Shown here: positions 63,234-64,000 of the stretch, one piece after another
Position numbering within the stretch: the stretch's first letter is position 1
How the letters are laid out: each line of letters starts with the position of its first letter
DNA from: Rhynchobatus australiae
Taxonomy: Eukaryota
Length of the DNA stretch: 64,000 nucleotides
Reading direction: 5' to 3'
NCBI GenBank assembly: GCA_034780895.1
Contig: JAUZTB010000076.1
Location: 43,657,922-43,721,921 of the forward strand
Made by a program: the position numbers and the translations under genes
The notes under the pieces: generated by a model
Databases searched by the model: none
What the model was told of the DNA's origin: nothing
The model's input: only the letters and a program-made list of their open reading frames with translations

Positions 63234-63320
63234 CTGAAACCTCACAAGTGAGAGTAATACTGTGATTCTCCTTTATTTTCACATCTTCCATCTTATCTTC
63301 ATTAACTATGCTGGGTGGTA
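63234..63320 (-). CDS. HMCN1: HMCN1 exon w1 (87 bp): (V)PPSIVNEDKMEDVKIKENHSITLTCEVS(G)
   Basis: aaatag acceptor, gtaag donor, phase 1-1; first half of an Ig domain. Confidence 0.92.
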
Positions 63321-64000
63321 CTATTTACAGACAAGAGTAATGGAATTAAATATTATAGTCCAGCAAACAGAAACACTTTACACGTCTTCATTAGACTGCT
63401 GTCCTGTTGGCAAATACAGCAGTCAAATTATACACAGGAAGGTCTCCTCATCTTATTAATTGAATAAATACTTTATTTTTGGTAGTTTTGGTCAAGGAAG
63501 CAATGTTTCTTGGAAATTAATCTCTTCACGTATGCATGGGATTTCACCCACCCAGTTAAAGAGGCTGAACTTAATGTCTCCTGATTTAAATGTAATTTTT
63601 AATTATATTGTCCAGTTTATACTCTCCACATTTTAGGAAAGGGCTTTCAATCCAATTGGTTGCCAGGGCTTGTTGTTCTTGCCCTGCTCATAGATGCCCG
63701 ATGGAGGGTGTTGTGCAGGGTCAAACGTTCAACTCTGAATACCTATGTATAAGAGCCCAAAAAATCTGTGAGCATCAGTTCTTTACTACTGACCAAAACA
63801 TCCTTCCCAATGTATTACTGATTTGCAGAAAGGGATCTTGGTGGTTAAGCAGTAAAAGGAGATAATGAAAAAAATGAACCTTAAAAATTTTTATATATTG
63901 TCAAAAATGAAGTCCTAGCAGCAGAGCTTTCATCTGGAGGCAACATTTCTGGACCATCATCTCATATGAATGGAATGATATTTTCCAAGCATGGCTCAAG

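Larger units (their letters stand above)
1..63320 (-). other. HMCN1: Hemicentin-1 gene segment: 36 coding exons, 19 tandem I-set Ig domains plus the start of a 20th; gene extends beyond both window ends
   Basis: Spliced exon chain gives repeated VPP...C...W.KDG...L.I....D.G.Y.C.A.N.AG domains. Distinctive segments ([55 protein letters not shown]) and their order match my recollection of vertebrate HMCN1. All visible junction phases are compatible. Confidence 0.95.

Noticed and set aside
1-63320. Alternative identities: HMCN2, titin/obscurin, DSCAM or an antigen-receptor Ig cluster
   Set aside because: Domain sequences and order follow HMCN1 as I recall it. There are no FN3 domains, no V/C-set segments or recombination signals, and no duplicated mutually exclusive exon arrays.

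Overview
Vertebrate genomic DNA from a gapped draft assembly, most likely a cartilaginous fish (inferred from elasmobranch-type V-SINE, DeuSINE, CR1, Penelope and Rex1 repeats). The whole window lies inside one large minus-strand gene, hemicentin-1 (HMCN1). I traced 36 consecutive coding exons (63320 down to 1) with GT-AG boundaries wherever the boundary is visible and with compatible phases. They encode 19 tandem I-set immunoglobulin domains plus the start of a 20th. Four exons run into N-gaps and one is cut by the window edge. The introns hold decayed CR1, L2, Rex1/Babar and Penelope-like retroelements, SINEs, a solo LTR with a 4-bp target-site duplication, a Tigger-like MITE and a probable Harbinger relic. 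The most notable non-coding signal is a family of about 10 Penelope-associated termini whose consensus folds as a minimal type I hammerhead ribozyme; every copy here has at least one core lesion. I found no clearly novel system, and the supplied ORFs are mostly exon read-throughs, repeat fragments or noise. Homology calls come from my recollection of these families, not from database searches, and repeat boundaries are approximate.
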